From: Heterodontus francisci
Lineage: Eukaryota
Direction: 5' to 3'
Assembly (NCBI RefSeq): GCF_036365525.1
Contig: NC_090406.1
Coordinates: 36,457,515-36,521,514, forward strand
Length of the DNA: 64,000 bases
Position 1 is the first letter of the stretch. Each line of letters opens with the position of its first letter. The notes beneath the pieces are model-generated. The model was not told the DNA's origin and did no database searches. It saw only the letters and a list, made by a program, of their open reading frames with translations. Positions 1 through 10,917 of this stretch are shown in pieces. Both the position numbers and the translations under genes were made by a program.

Positions 1-232
1 CCCTTTTTTCTTCTCCTCCAACCCCTTCCCACCAATTGCATGACTAGTCAGCTAATTCACCAAGGGTTACCAAGTGTCATACCACAATATACTGTTAATT
101 CAATATTTTCTGCTGAAATTGTGGGTTAGATGTATTGCTCCAGTGAGGGTTACCTTGAATGGCTTTTGAAATGAGCCAAAAAGTGACCCAATTCTAATTT
201 TTTTTTTTTTTTTTTTTTTTTTTGTATTGCAG

Positions 233-598
233 CAGCTGGAATCCCAAACCCTAACCATGGCTCGCAGTCTCACCCAGCAACTGCAGACTACCTGCCTGAC
301 CGTGGTTTCAAATGTGCACGGCCTCCCTCAGCACATTCAAGACAAAGTACAACAGATCCGCAAAACAGCAGAGACCATTCACACCTCTTTCTCCTCTGTG
401 CATTCCTTCGGTGATCTCTCAGGGCAGCTCCTGGCACAAAGCAGAGAGCAAATGCTGAAGATTCGGGAGTCCATGGATGGGGTGATGGACTATGTACTTC
501 ACAACACTCCCCTTAACTGGATGGTGGGTCCTTTTGCCGCACAACTGGCTAAGTGCCCTCAGTCAGAGGAGATTGCAATGGATAAAATTCAAGAATAG
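233..598 (+). CDS. Perilipin gene A, terminal coding exon (C-terminal four-helix-bundle region); upstream exons lie before the window
   Basis: Poly-T tract plus ...TTGCAG acceptor (AG 231-232). Frame [18 protein letters not shown]...[17 protein letters not shown]...KIQE* (TAG 596-598). The NWxVGPF motif is the conserved perilipin C-terminal motif. Confidence 0.9.
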   Translation, partial: QLESQTLTMARSLTQQLQTTCLTVVSNVHGLPQHIQDKVQQIRKTAETIHTSFSSVHSFGDLSGQLLAQSREQMLKIRESMDGVMDYVLHNTPLNWMVGPFAAQLAKCPQSEEIAMDKIQE

Positions 599-2118
599 AT
601 TAAACTTGCCTATAACTATATATACTGTGAATGGTTGACTCACAGGGTTAGACTTGTATCTAATTTAGTATAGTTCAGTGAAGATTTAGCCCTATATGAA
701 AGCTGACCTGTCCATGCATAAACAGTATTAACATTCATTTGATTTCAGTTGAGCAATTGCTGTACCCAGCAATCATTTCCTGTAAAAGCTGCCTTTTTCC
801 TTTTGGATAATGCCATATTGTGCCCAAGTTGAATTTGTTGAACTAGACAAAGCTCCTTGCCTTAACCTTTTTCAATTAGACTATTAATTGCATTCACACA
901 TGCACTCTGAATTTGAAGGGATACCAGCCCTGATGACACCTGTTCAGTGAGAAGTTAAAACATTTCAGTGAATTAAAACTTGGAATACTGGCAAATTTCA
1001 AAAGTGGTTTCTTACTGGAATTTGGCAGAATTTACTGCAAAAAAAAAATTAAAATTCTATTCAAGCTTTTTACTCAGCCACAAAAGTTCTCCACCAATTC
1101 TGGCTTGCATATACCCAGTTTTACAGCCCAGCTAAAGATATGTGAAGATGTTGAACTGCCTTTGACATGTACTAAGTGAGAAATAGTGTGCATTCTGGTT
1201 AGCTCTCAAACTGGAATGTAAACAATTGTTTTCTCTAGCTACTGTTAAAGCATATTCATCTAGAATGTCTTGAGACTAAAGCAGAAGAAATGGTTTTGAT
1301 GTGCCATTGTGTATGGTGTATCTTGCTATTTATAATTGCATGATCATTCTGTAATCTAATCATTTTTGCTATAACAACTTGATCAAGTATTGTACACTAA
1401 TTAGCTGTAATTCATGCACCAATCTGACTTAATACCAGTCCAATAGCTAATGAGGAAAAGACATTGGCATGTAGTGTTTGTCTTTGGTGCAGCCTAGCTA
1501 GCATAACTTTGCTTCTGCCTTAGTGGTAAGAATGAGCAATGCTAATCTAGTTTACAGCAGGACCCAGCAAGTCAACTGCAACTCTATGGGTAAATATCTT
1601 TTTGGCCAAAAAAACAAACTTGCAAGGATTGAATCAAGGCTCTGTTAGCATAGGTAGTAATGCAAACTTTTTTCCTTATTTGCTCACTCTCTAGTTGTAA
1701 ACTGCACTTTGCTTTCAGCACAGGCATTAGTCTCCACCCTGGACACTACACAATATGGCTGGAAAGAATTATTGTGCACAAAGGTTAAATTTTGTATTGA
1801 GTAACATTATGTAAAAGGACTTGACGTGCTTCTGGGGAAAACTAGTTTTTATTCCCATTATGACTTGAGTATCTAAAGTAGAATGAAAAGGGGGCTGGAT
1901 TTTGTTCTTGGTAAAATAGATAGCATATGTAACCTTTCTAACTCTTTACTGGGGAACTTCAGTAACAAGTCACCCATGTTCAAATGCACTGTTCCAGTGA
2001 CCTTTCACTTCTAACCATCCAGAAATTTTAGATCTCTTTCCTACTCGAGTAAGAGTAGCACATGAAGCTTTGAATGTTCAAGATTTGTGTAACTAATTGG
2101 AATTGACTTGCCTTCTCC

Positions 2119-2124
2119 AATAAA
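2119..2124 (+). terminator. Probable polyadenylation signal of gene A
   Basis: AATAAA whose flanks align by eye with the AATAAA at 47278-47283 downstream of paralog C. Confidence 0.45.
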
Positions 2125-3499
2125 AATTTATAACTCTACCTCTGACTTTGTGAATGTGGAGTAACCTAAGCCAAAATGTAATTGTGAAGGCACATGCTCT
2201 GTTTAGGGCCAAACTGCACCATATGTGTGGACTTGTGGGGAGAGTCTCCTCCATTGTGCTCAATGTACTCATTCACTCACTTGAACATTGGCCTATTCTC
2301 CAACTGCTTGAGTCTACTCTTCCATTCATTTATCTCACAGCCACTTAACTTGCCATTTGTAAGGTGGATATGCAACTTTTTTCCTGTTTGTATATTGAAG
2401 GCTGAGGCTCCATTGTCTGGTGATACCTAGTCATTCTGGCATTTGAGTGCATATCCATTATCCCTAACCAATTCTGTATCCATGCCAATAGGTTTCCTCT
2501 AATTCCACATGCTTTCATTTGTTAACTCTAGTGAAACTTTTATTGAATGCCTTCTAGAAGTCAAATATACATAACCAGTGTAGATGCTCTTAACCATGTT
2601 AAGTGACCTACTTAGCTTGTTAAACATGACTTGTAAATGCAAGTCCATGCTAGGGTTTTCCTACGCAGTTTGTATTTATTTAAAAGCTTCATTTTGCCTG
2701 AATGGCACATTCTAAACATCTCTGCAATAAGTGCTGGAACTAACTGGCCTAAAATTTCTTGGTTGCTTTCTTCCCACCTTTCAATGGAGTGACATTGGTA
2801 GTTTTCCAATCCAAGAGAACCATTTTATGAAACACTTGGAGCATAACTGAAGCATCTGCAATTTCTTCACTTAATAGGCTGTTCAACATAATCTGAACAT
2901 TTTACAAAGTCACAGGCTAGTAATGTCTTTTGTATACTATGCTTTAGCCAAACTAATGTATTTATAGATCTAATTAAGGTTCCACCTGGAAGTTAATCTA
3001 TAACTCACTGATTTTGTATTTGACATTTTGTTTGGACTTCAGATTTCCAACAAGTGCAGGTGAATTTTAAAAAGCAAGATACCTACCAATATAAAACTTG
3101 TAACTAAGATTCACATGGGAATCTGAAGACTGGCTTCCATCACTCTTCCATATTGCATTTTTACTTTAGTCAGTTTTCTTACATTTTGCCTTTCTGTAAT
3201 TAATTGCAGTTAAAAGTCCAACCATAACTATTTTGTACCAGTTGGAGACAACTGCATGTATGTGAACATAATTGTTTTGAGTGCCAGTGACTGGTTATCC
3301 TAAGACCACCCCTTGAAGGTCAACACCATCCTACAGCTTCCACAGCAAATCAGTCACAGAATTCCTGAAGTTGTGAAATGGAACAACTGGTTTTAAGTGT
3401 GGCCTTTTCTTTTGCAAAGGAAGTTTATCTCTGCACTATGCAGGTTAGAAGGGCTAGGGGGAAAAATCTAGTCTGACAAGGATCATCTACAGGACCCAA

Positions 3500-4260
3500 C
3501 ATTATGACCAGGTAAGGGGTCTAGGGTTCCCTTTCAGCCTTCAGCTGGTCTTACCACAACAGGGTTTAATTTTTAACACCATGTTTTTAGCTTCTCCCTT
3601 GGTGAATCTTTGTTCACTGCTTTCCAATTATAAGCCAAAGAAACCAGCACAGACCAGTTTTAAGTTTAAAGAAAGGTTGCATATGTGATCTATGCAAATA
3701 GAGACAAAAGAGCTGAAGGAAAAAATAAAGTGGAAAGGTTTGAGGCAATATATAGAAATTTTGTTAGTTCTTTGAGCTCCCTGTAGAATCCTTGATTGTA
3801 AGTAGATCTTTGGGCCCCAGTATTCTTCAACCTTGTGTGCTGTAGGAGACTTTTCTCTTGGGGTTCATGTGGATTCAGAGACTTGTGGGGAAGAGATGGG
3901 AGCAAACGGTTTTTTCCAGTCCAGGAGAAAACAGTTCAAACTATGTGCACTTTAGAAAACCCCAGGTTGCCAAGTAGGTTAGTCATGTGACTAACTGGTC
4001 TGACCACATCTTGGATTGTATCATCTTAGTCTCTGGAATGCTCCTCTTACACAATACCTGGTGACAAAGGTCCATTGTGGGTTGAATGTGGCAGGGAATG
4101 GTCCTTTTGCCCTTCCAATCATCTGTTAATATGCAAATGTCTTCCAGCCATGGCTGATCTGTTTAACAAGTCCTTTCTTCATTCTAGTAACAGTTCAAAA
4201 TCAATGTTCATGACAAAATTAATGTGCCTTACTCTTGGCAAGTGATGGCCTAATACGACA
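3500..4260 (-). mobile_element. Solo LTR (Gypsy-type), same family as 14743-15665 and 32032-32918, inverted and decayed
   Basis: Its reverse complement matches the ends of the 32032 copy (...GAAAGGGAACCCTAGACCCC...CCTGGTCATAA; GCACATTAATTTTGTCAT...). Termini are mutated and no clear TSD is visible. Confidence 0.7.
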
Positions 4261-6926
4261 ATATCAATTCCTGATCTGTTCAAACTGATTTATTCAAAGC
4301 ACCAATAACCGTCTCCAGTAAAACAAATTAGATCGTAAAGGTTAGGGTCCCAATCTATTGCAAAGCTTCTAGCAAACTAGCTATTGGATGTTCTGCATTT
4401 ACATTCCAAATTTGCAGAGTATGTACCAAAATTTGTACCTGATCAGCTCCAACCAAGATATTCTGCCAGTTTATCAATGAATGGCTTGATCAAACCTAGG
4501 ATCTGATAAACCATGAGGTCTTCAGTACTGCATGCTGTCAGTTCTTGGACAGAAACGTTTTGGTGGTAAACAATGCAGAAGATTGTACTTGTGGATCTGC
4601 CTATGGAAGGAATGTCTACCAGGAGCCAGTACCACCGAAAACAGAAAGGAAGAAAAATAATTCACAAAGTTCAAGCTAAAAGATGACGTGGTGTGTCCTG
4701 GACTACTTGGTTTCCACTACTTAATCTCCTGATCTTAAATATTTTATAAGACTTGCTCATAGGGAAATGGACTGGAGGAAAATTATAAAACATATCATGG
4801 GATTCTTGCATTCATCTGAGAAGGCAGACAGGGCTTTGGTTTAACATGAATAAGAGCAGGAGTAGGCCACACGGCATTCAATATGGTCATGGCTGATCTA
4901 CGGCTTCAACTCCACTTCCCTACCCACTCTCCATATCTCTTGATACCCTTGGAGATCAAAAATTGTCTATCCCAGCCTTAAATATATTCAACGATGGAGC
5001 ATCCACCACCAACTGCAGTCCTAGATGATCGGCCCCTTATCCTGAGACTGTGCCCCCGAGTTTTAGATTCCCCAACCAGTGGAAACAACCTCTGTGTTTG
5101 CCCTGTCAAGCCCTTTCAGAATCCTGTAAGTTTCAATGAGATCACCTCTCATTCTTCTAAACTCCAGGGATCCTTGCTTAAATATGGAGACCAAAACTGC
5201 GCACAGTATTCCAGGTGTGGTCTCCCCAAAACCCTGTACAATTGTAGCAAGACTTCTTTATTCTTGTACTCCAATCCCTTTGCAATAAAGGCCATTGTGC
5301 CATTTGTTTTCCTAATTGCTTGCTGTACCTGTATGTTAAATTTCTGTGCTCCTTGTACAAGCACACCCAAGACTCTCAACATCAACATTTACAAATTTCA
5401 CCTTTTAAAAATATTCTGCTCTCCTACTCTTACAACCAAAGTGAATAACCTTACACTTTCCCACATTATACTCCATCTGTCACCTTGTTGCCCATTCACT
5501 TAACTTGTCTACATCTCTTTGCAGCCTCTCTGTGCCCTCCTCACTGCTTGCATTTCCACCTGCCTTTGCACCGTCAGTAAACTTAGATACATTACTCTCT
5601 GCCCCTTCTTCTAAGTCATTAGCATAGATTGTAAGTAGCTGAAGCCCCAGCGCTGATCCTTGTGGCACTCCACTAGTCACAGCCTGCCAACTTGAAAATG
5701 CCCCATTTATGCTTACTCTTTGCTTCCTATCCTTTAACCAATCCTCTATCCCTGCTAATATATTACCCACAACTCCATGAGTCCTTATCATGCCTATTAA
5801 CCTTTTGTGCAGCACATTATCAAATGCCTTTTGGAAATCCAGGTATACTACATCTACTGGTTTCCCATTATCTACCCTATTAATTAAATCCTCAGAAACA
5901 CTAATAAATTTGTCAAACATAATTTTCCTTGTGTAGAACCATGTTGACTCTGCCTGAGCAGAATATGATTTTCTAAGTGCATTGTTAAGACTTCCTTAAT
6001 AATAGATTCCAGCACTTTCCCGATGACTCATGTCAGGCTAACTAGCCTGTAGTTCCCAGTTTTCTCCCTCTGTCCTTTCTTGAATAGAGGTGTTGTATTT
6101 GCTTTCCAATCTGTTGGGCCCATTCCGGAATTCAGGGAATTTTGGAAAATCATAGCCACCGCATCCACTATCTCTGCAGCTATCTCTTTTAGAACCCTAC
6201 GGTGTAGGCCATCAGGTCTTGAAGATTTGTCAGATTTTAGTCCCTTAAGTTTCTCCAATACCTTTTCTCGTATGCAACTTGTGTCTTCTATTGTGAAGAC
6301 AGGCACAAAATATTTGTTCAATGTCTCTGCCATTTCCTCATTCCCAAAAATAATTTCTCCTGTTTACTTTAGCTACTGCCTTCCTTTTTTATATACTTGT
6401 AAATGTTCTTACAATCTGCTTTAATATTTCTAGCTAGTTTACTCTCATTCTATTTTCCCCTTTTTAATCAACTTTTTGGTGGCCCTTTGCTGGTTTTTAA
6501 AATATTCCCAATCCTCAGACTTGCTATTTTTGCAACATTGTAAGCCTGTTCTTTTAATCTAATACTATCCTTAACTTCCTCAGTAACTCACAGATGGATC
6601 TTTCTTGCTGACTTTTTATTTTTCAATGGAATATATTTATGTTTAACATTTTGAATTGTTTTTTAAAAGGTTTCTCACCATTTATTTACTGCCATATCTT
6701 TTACTCTACTTACCTAATCAACCTCAGCCAGCTCTTTCCTCATACCTATTCAATTGGCTTTGTTTAAGTTTAAAATTCTTGTTTGTGATTGGAGTATGTC
6801 ACTTTCAAACTTAACAATGGAATTCAGCTGTATTATGATCACTATTTCCCAGTGGATCTTTTACTATGAGATTACTAATTAACCCTGCCTCACTGTACAA
6901 TACTAGATCTAAAATAGCTTTATCCC

Positions 6927-7157
6927 CAGTCTTTGCTCCATTACCTTTTGGTCAGCTATTCTGTGACCTTGTCCTATCAACGCCTTCTCTTTTGTTAACT
7001 CTTGCCTCATCCCCGCTTTACTTGCTTAAAATCTTTTACATTTCTTATATCTGCCAGTTCTGGAGAAGGATCAGTGACCTGAAACGTTAACTCTGCTTCT
7101 CTCTCCACAGATGCTGCCAGACCTGCTGAGTATTTCCAGCATTTCTTGTTTTTATTT
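6927..7157 (+). mobile_element. Short retroposon fragment (Penelope-like/SINE-like 3' end) with degenerate hammerhead core
   Basis: Flanked by a 12-bp TSD TAGCTTTATCCC (6915-6926 / 7158-7169). The same sequence family recurs at ~24065-24150(-), ~33840-33980(+), 34017-34147(-), ~41855-41945 and ~60075-60160. Confidence 0.7.
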
Positions 7158-7469
7158 TAGCTTTATCCCTAGTTGGCTCCACAATGTATTGCTCCAGGAA
7201 ACTGTCACAAAAATATTCCCCAAACTCATCTTCTCGACCACCCTTGGCAATCTGATTGGCAGTCTATATGAAGATTAAAGTCCCCCAGAATTATTACATT
7301 GCCTTTGTTAAAAGCTCCAATAATTTCTTGTTTAATGCTCTGTCCAATGGTATAACTACTGTTAGGGGTTCTGTAAACTACTCCCACCAGTATTTTCTGA
7401 TTCTTGCTATTCCTAATCAAAGTAATTCATGACAACGCTACTTCATCGGAGAACGTCATCAGGATGCGC

Positions 7470-7710
7470 CGCGTTCCGCACATGCGCAGACGGTTTCATG
7501 CCCGTTGCGCATGCGCAGCGGTCCGACTCTCCAGGACTGATTTGCGCATGCGCAAAGGACGCGGTACGCGCATGCGCACACATTCTATTCATCTCTGCGC
7601 ATGCGCTGCGGTCCAACCTGCCGGTCAGGTTGTGCGCATGCGCAGATGACGTCATCGCGTTATTTCGTCAACCTCCCGACGCGCCAGTTTGGCCTCTGCG
7701 CATGCGTCAA
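7470..7710. promoter_or_regulatory. Cluster of GCGCATGCGC palindromes (NRF1-type motif) plus a CRE palindrome in the transposon left end
   Basis: About 7 copies of (T)GCGCATGCG(C) near 7477, 7506, 7543, 7567, 7596, 7633 and 7697; ATGACGTCAT near 7647. Confidence 0.55.
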
Positions 7711-7971
7711 AGCTTCGGCGCGGCTTTTTGAAAGTGGAAGGAGCGGAGGTTTCGTCGGGCACCTTATCTGAATTATTTATTCGTTTTGGAGACTTGCTTC
7801 ATTTTTATTTGACACAGGAGATTGTTCCAAGGTAAGTTGCTCTGCCTTTGTAAGTTGCTCTGAAAACATTTCCATTGTCTGGGCCACCGCATGTTCTCCA
7901 GTCCCTGTTGTGAGTTGCTCTGAAAACATTTCCATTGTCTGGGCCACCGCAGGTAGCAGGATGAAGGCACA

Positions 7972-8985
7972 GTGACTGTGATTTCTGGCGCCAAACAGTA
8001 CACACTGCAGATACATGATGGCCAGGCTACCTGCAGCTGCATCTTCTCCATTCAGATTTTGTTGCCCTGCAAACGTGCTGTTGTTGTGCAGAGGCATCTG
8101 GGTCTGCCTTTGGACAGGCTCGCCCCCAATTGTCGCTGGCGTGCATCTCAGACACCAACGACGACAGGCATGGCTGCTGCCATTGTGATTACAGAGGAAC
8201 AGCCAAGGCCCCTCAGCCACAATGAAAAATACCGCTTGCTTTCAGATCAATTGTACCAGCTGCAACAGGCCGTTCTGCAGAGTGGAACGGCAGCATTCAT
8301 GAGGAGACTGGACTGGCTGCGGCAACAGACTCTCCGCTGGCAGCAAGGACTGGCTGATGAGATGGAGCCATTTACTATGCCCAACAATTGCCCGGAAGCA
8401 CCTTCGGATGGAGGTGGCCGCGCGCTGGACATCAGTCACGTGTCACAAACCCTGGATCCTGAGCGTCTCACCCCCTGGCCTAATGATCTGATGGACCATA
8501 CATGTGCCTACCTGTCCAAATCTCCACTTCCCCTACCTGCGGTACCCTCTCCTTGCTGCTCAGTTACACAGTCACCTGCTCCTACACCCATCAGGGCAGT
8601 GCACATGGACACACAGTTACCTGCTCCTACACCCATCAGGGCAGTGCACATGGGCACACAGTTACCTGCTCCTACACCCATCAGGGCAGTGCACATGGGC
8701 ACACAGTTACCTGCTCCTACACCCATCAGGGCAGTGCTCATGGACACACAGCCACCTGTTACCCCATCCGACGTTGAAACAACCATGCAGAGCCTTGTGA
8801 GACTCCGCAATTGCCAGTTGCTGCCTGTCAAGCAGAGAGGGCGTCCAAAGGGGTCAAGCACTTGGGGAACATTCAGCAAGAAGAGACTGAGCACTAAAAG
8901 AAACAAGCATGCCGTGTCCAGTGGTAGCAGAAATGTGAATGCTCTTGCTGTGAACACAACTGGTGATAGTCGTAGGCAGGATTAA
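7972..8985 (+). pseudogene. C-terminal part of a MULE transposase-like ORF (SWIM zinc finger, Pro/Thr repeat, RGRPK basic motif)
   Basis: YTLQIHDGQATCSCIFSIQILLPCKR matches the SWIM pattern CxC-xn-LPCxH with H>R. KQRGRPKG is AT-hook-like. No DDE catalytic domain upstream; in-frame stop at 7954. Confidence 0.65.
8566..8760 (+). repeat. 45-bp coding tandem repeat (~4.3 copies; TQLPAPTPIRAVHMG)
   Basis: Unit ACACAGTTACCTGCTCCTACACCCATCAGGGCAGTGCACATGGGC repeated nearly perfectly. Confidence 0.95.
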
Positions 8986-9179
8986 ATGGGAATGGATGGA
9001 AAGACGCACGAGTAACATAACCACTGGCAGGGAACTGCTGGGCTAAATGGCCAGCTTTATGTTCATAGCCCAAAAGAAATGTGCTTCTTTTCCAGCACCC
9101 TCACATCATTCATGTTTTCCCTGAGAGCAGCATTGAACCATCACGAGATAGGGGCAGTAACATCATCCTGCCTCCGACA

Positions 9180-9625
9180 GCTGAGGTGGGTACTAATTGA
9201 TTCATTGGCGGTGTTATCAGTACATGCCTTTACCGCAGAACACAAAGCATGCTCAACAGTAATTTCATTGGAGGGAGGGAAGCTCTGACACTGATGTTCT
9301 TTCCTTATTTTCTTTCATGTAAAACGTGCCCTTGAGAAAACAATCCTTGACATTTAAGGACGGCATTCAAGCAAAGGAGGCAGTGCGGGAGAGGACGCAA
9401 GGATGTGCTGATTCCTGCATCTGAGGTGGGTAATAAGTGCTTCATTGGCGACGTTATCAATTGGTGCCTTCACTGCAGAACTTAAAAAGGTGTGCACAAC
9501 AGTAATTTCAGTGGATGGAGGGAGGCAAGCTCTGACTCTGATTTGCTTTATTTCTTTTCATGTAAAACATGCCGTCGAGAAAACAATCCTTGAGACTTAA
9601 GGTCAGCATTCAAGCAACGAAGGCA
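9180..9625 (+). repeat. Diverged ~240-bp tandem duplication inside the MULE
   Basis: CTGAGGTGGGTA...TTCATTGGCG...CAACAGTAATTTCA...GAGAAAACAATCCTTGA...GCATTCAAGCAA at 9181 and again at 9421. Confidence 0.85.
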
Positions 9626-10319
9626 ACTAGATCATGCTGCGGAGCTCATCACGATGTGGAAAGGAACATTGCATTTATGGATGAATTGGGAATGCACATT
9701 GGGATGCACTTGGGGAACATTCACCAAGAATAGACTGAGCTCAGACTCTTGTGACTTTGCCTTCTTCACATGGACAATACAGTAGTGGAATAGAGAGCCA
9801 AGCTTTTATTCACCACAAGGCTCTCCAGGAACAATCTCTTCAGCTGTGCATAGCAGAGAATCGGCCTGTCTAACGGGAATGCTGGACACAACACTCATGT
9901 ATCCATGCACAGCAGTTCCTCGGATACTTAATGAACTTAATAAAACTTTTCAATAATTAAACCCAGAATTGTTGAGGTTTTGATTTGCATGCTATTTCCC
10001 CGACTTTGCAACTGCACTTCAGATATTCAACTATGGTGGGGGGGCAGAGGGAGGGGTGTTTGAAGAGGGAGAGTGCGGGGAGGGGTGGGGAGAGGGAGCA
10101 TGCAAAATGCAGGGACCAAACAGTTGCAATGCCTGAAGTACTGAGGAGAAGTAGAGAAAGCAACTGGGTAGGGGAGAAAGCAACTGGATTGGGCATCCGC
10201 AGCTGGAGGGAACGGCTGAATGGAGAGGGCCGCGGGGAGCGAGCGTGCGAAGACCTTGGTGTCACCGGGTCCAGGGACTGGCCAGTAAGTCTTTTGCTGC
10301 ACTCCTCTTCCGTTCCGCT

Positions 10320-10642
10320 GCTCCCCCCCCACTCTCTCCCCTTCCTCCCTCTCCCCCCAGCTCTCCCCCTCCCCCCTTCCTTACCCCTCCCTCTCCCTCA
10401 TTCTCCCCCCCTCCCTCTTTCTCCCCCTCCCTCTCCCTCCCCCTCCCTCTCCCTCCCCCCCTCCCTCTCCCTCTTTCTCCCCCTCTCCCCTCCCTCTTTC
10501 TCCCCCTCCCCCCTCCCTCTTTCTCCCCCTCCCCCCTCCCTCTTTCTCCCCCTTCCCCCTCCCCCCTCCCTCTTTCTCCCCCTTCCCCCCTCCCTCTTTC
10601 TCCCCCCCTCCCTCTCCCTCTTTCTCCCCCCCCCCCCTCCCC
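10320..10642 (+). repeat. Polypyrimidine (C/T) low-complexity tract
   Basis: About 320 nt almost exclusively C/T, built from CCCTCCCTCTTTCTCCCC-like units. Confidence 0.95.
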
Positions 10643-10677
10643 GGCACCGCTACCGCTGGTCTCCCAGCGCTGCTCTC

Positions 10678-10917
10678 CCCGGCCCCCGCGCTGATCTCCC
10701 CGGCCCCCGCGCTGCCTTTCCCGGCCCCCGCGCTGATCTCCACGGCCCCCGCGCTGATCTCCCCGGCCCCCGCGCTGATCTCCCCGGTCCCCGCGCTGAT
10801 CTCCCCGGCCCCCGCGCTGATCTGCCCGGCCCCCGCGCTGATCTGCCCGGCCCCCGCGCTGATCTCCCCGGCCCCCGCGCTGATCTCCCCGGCCCCCGCG
10901 CTGATCTCCCCGGCCCG
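10678..10917 (+). repeat. GC-rich 21-bp minisatellite (~11 copies)
   Basis: Unit CCCGGCCCCCGCGCTGATCTC repeated with few substitutions. Confidence 0.95.

Noticed and set aside
233-598. False duplication (haplotig) as explanation for the A/C exon identity
   Set aside because: Flanking intron, C-terminal codons, 3' UTRs and downstream TEs differ substantially, so these are distinct loci.
4994-5503. 169-aa plus-strand ORF and similar antisense ORFs over LINEs
   Set aside because: Antisense to decayed CR1 ORF2; no independent coding evidence.
7429-7731. Cys/Ala-rich ORFs (CACA repeats) suggesting a metal-binding peptide
   Set aside because: Translation artefact of the GCGCATGCGC palindromes; open on both strands for the same reason.
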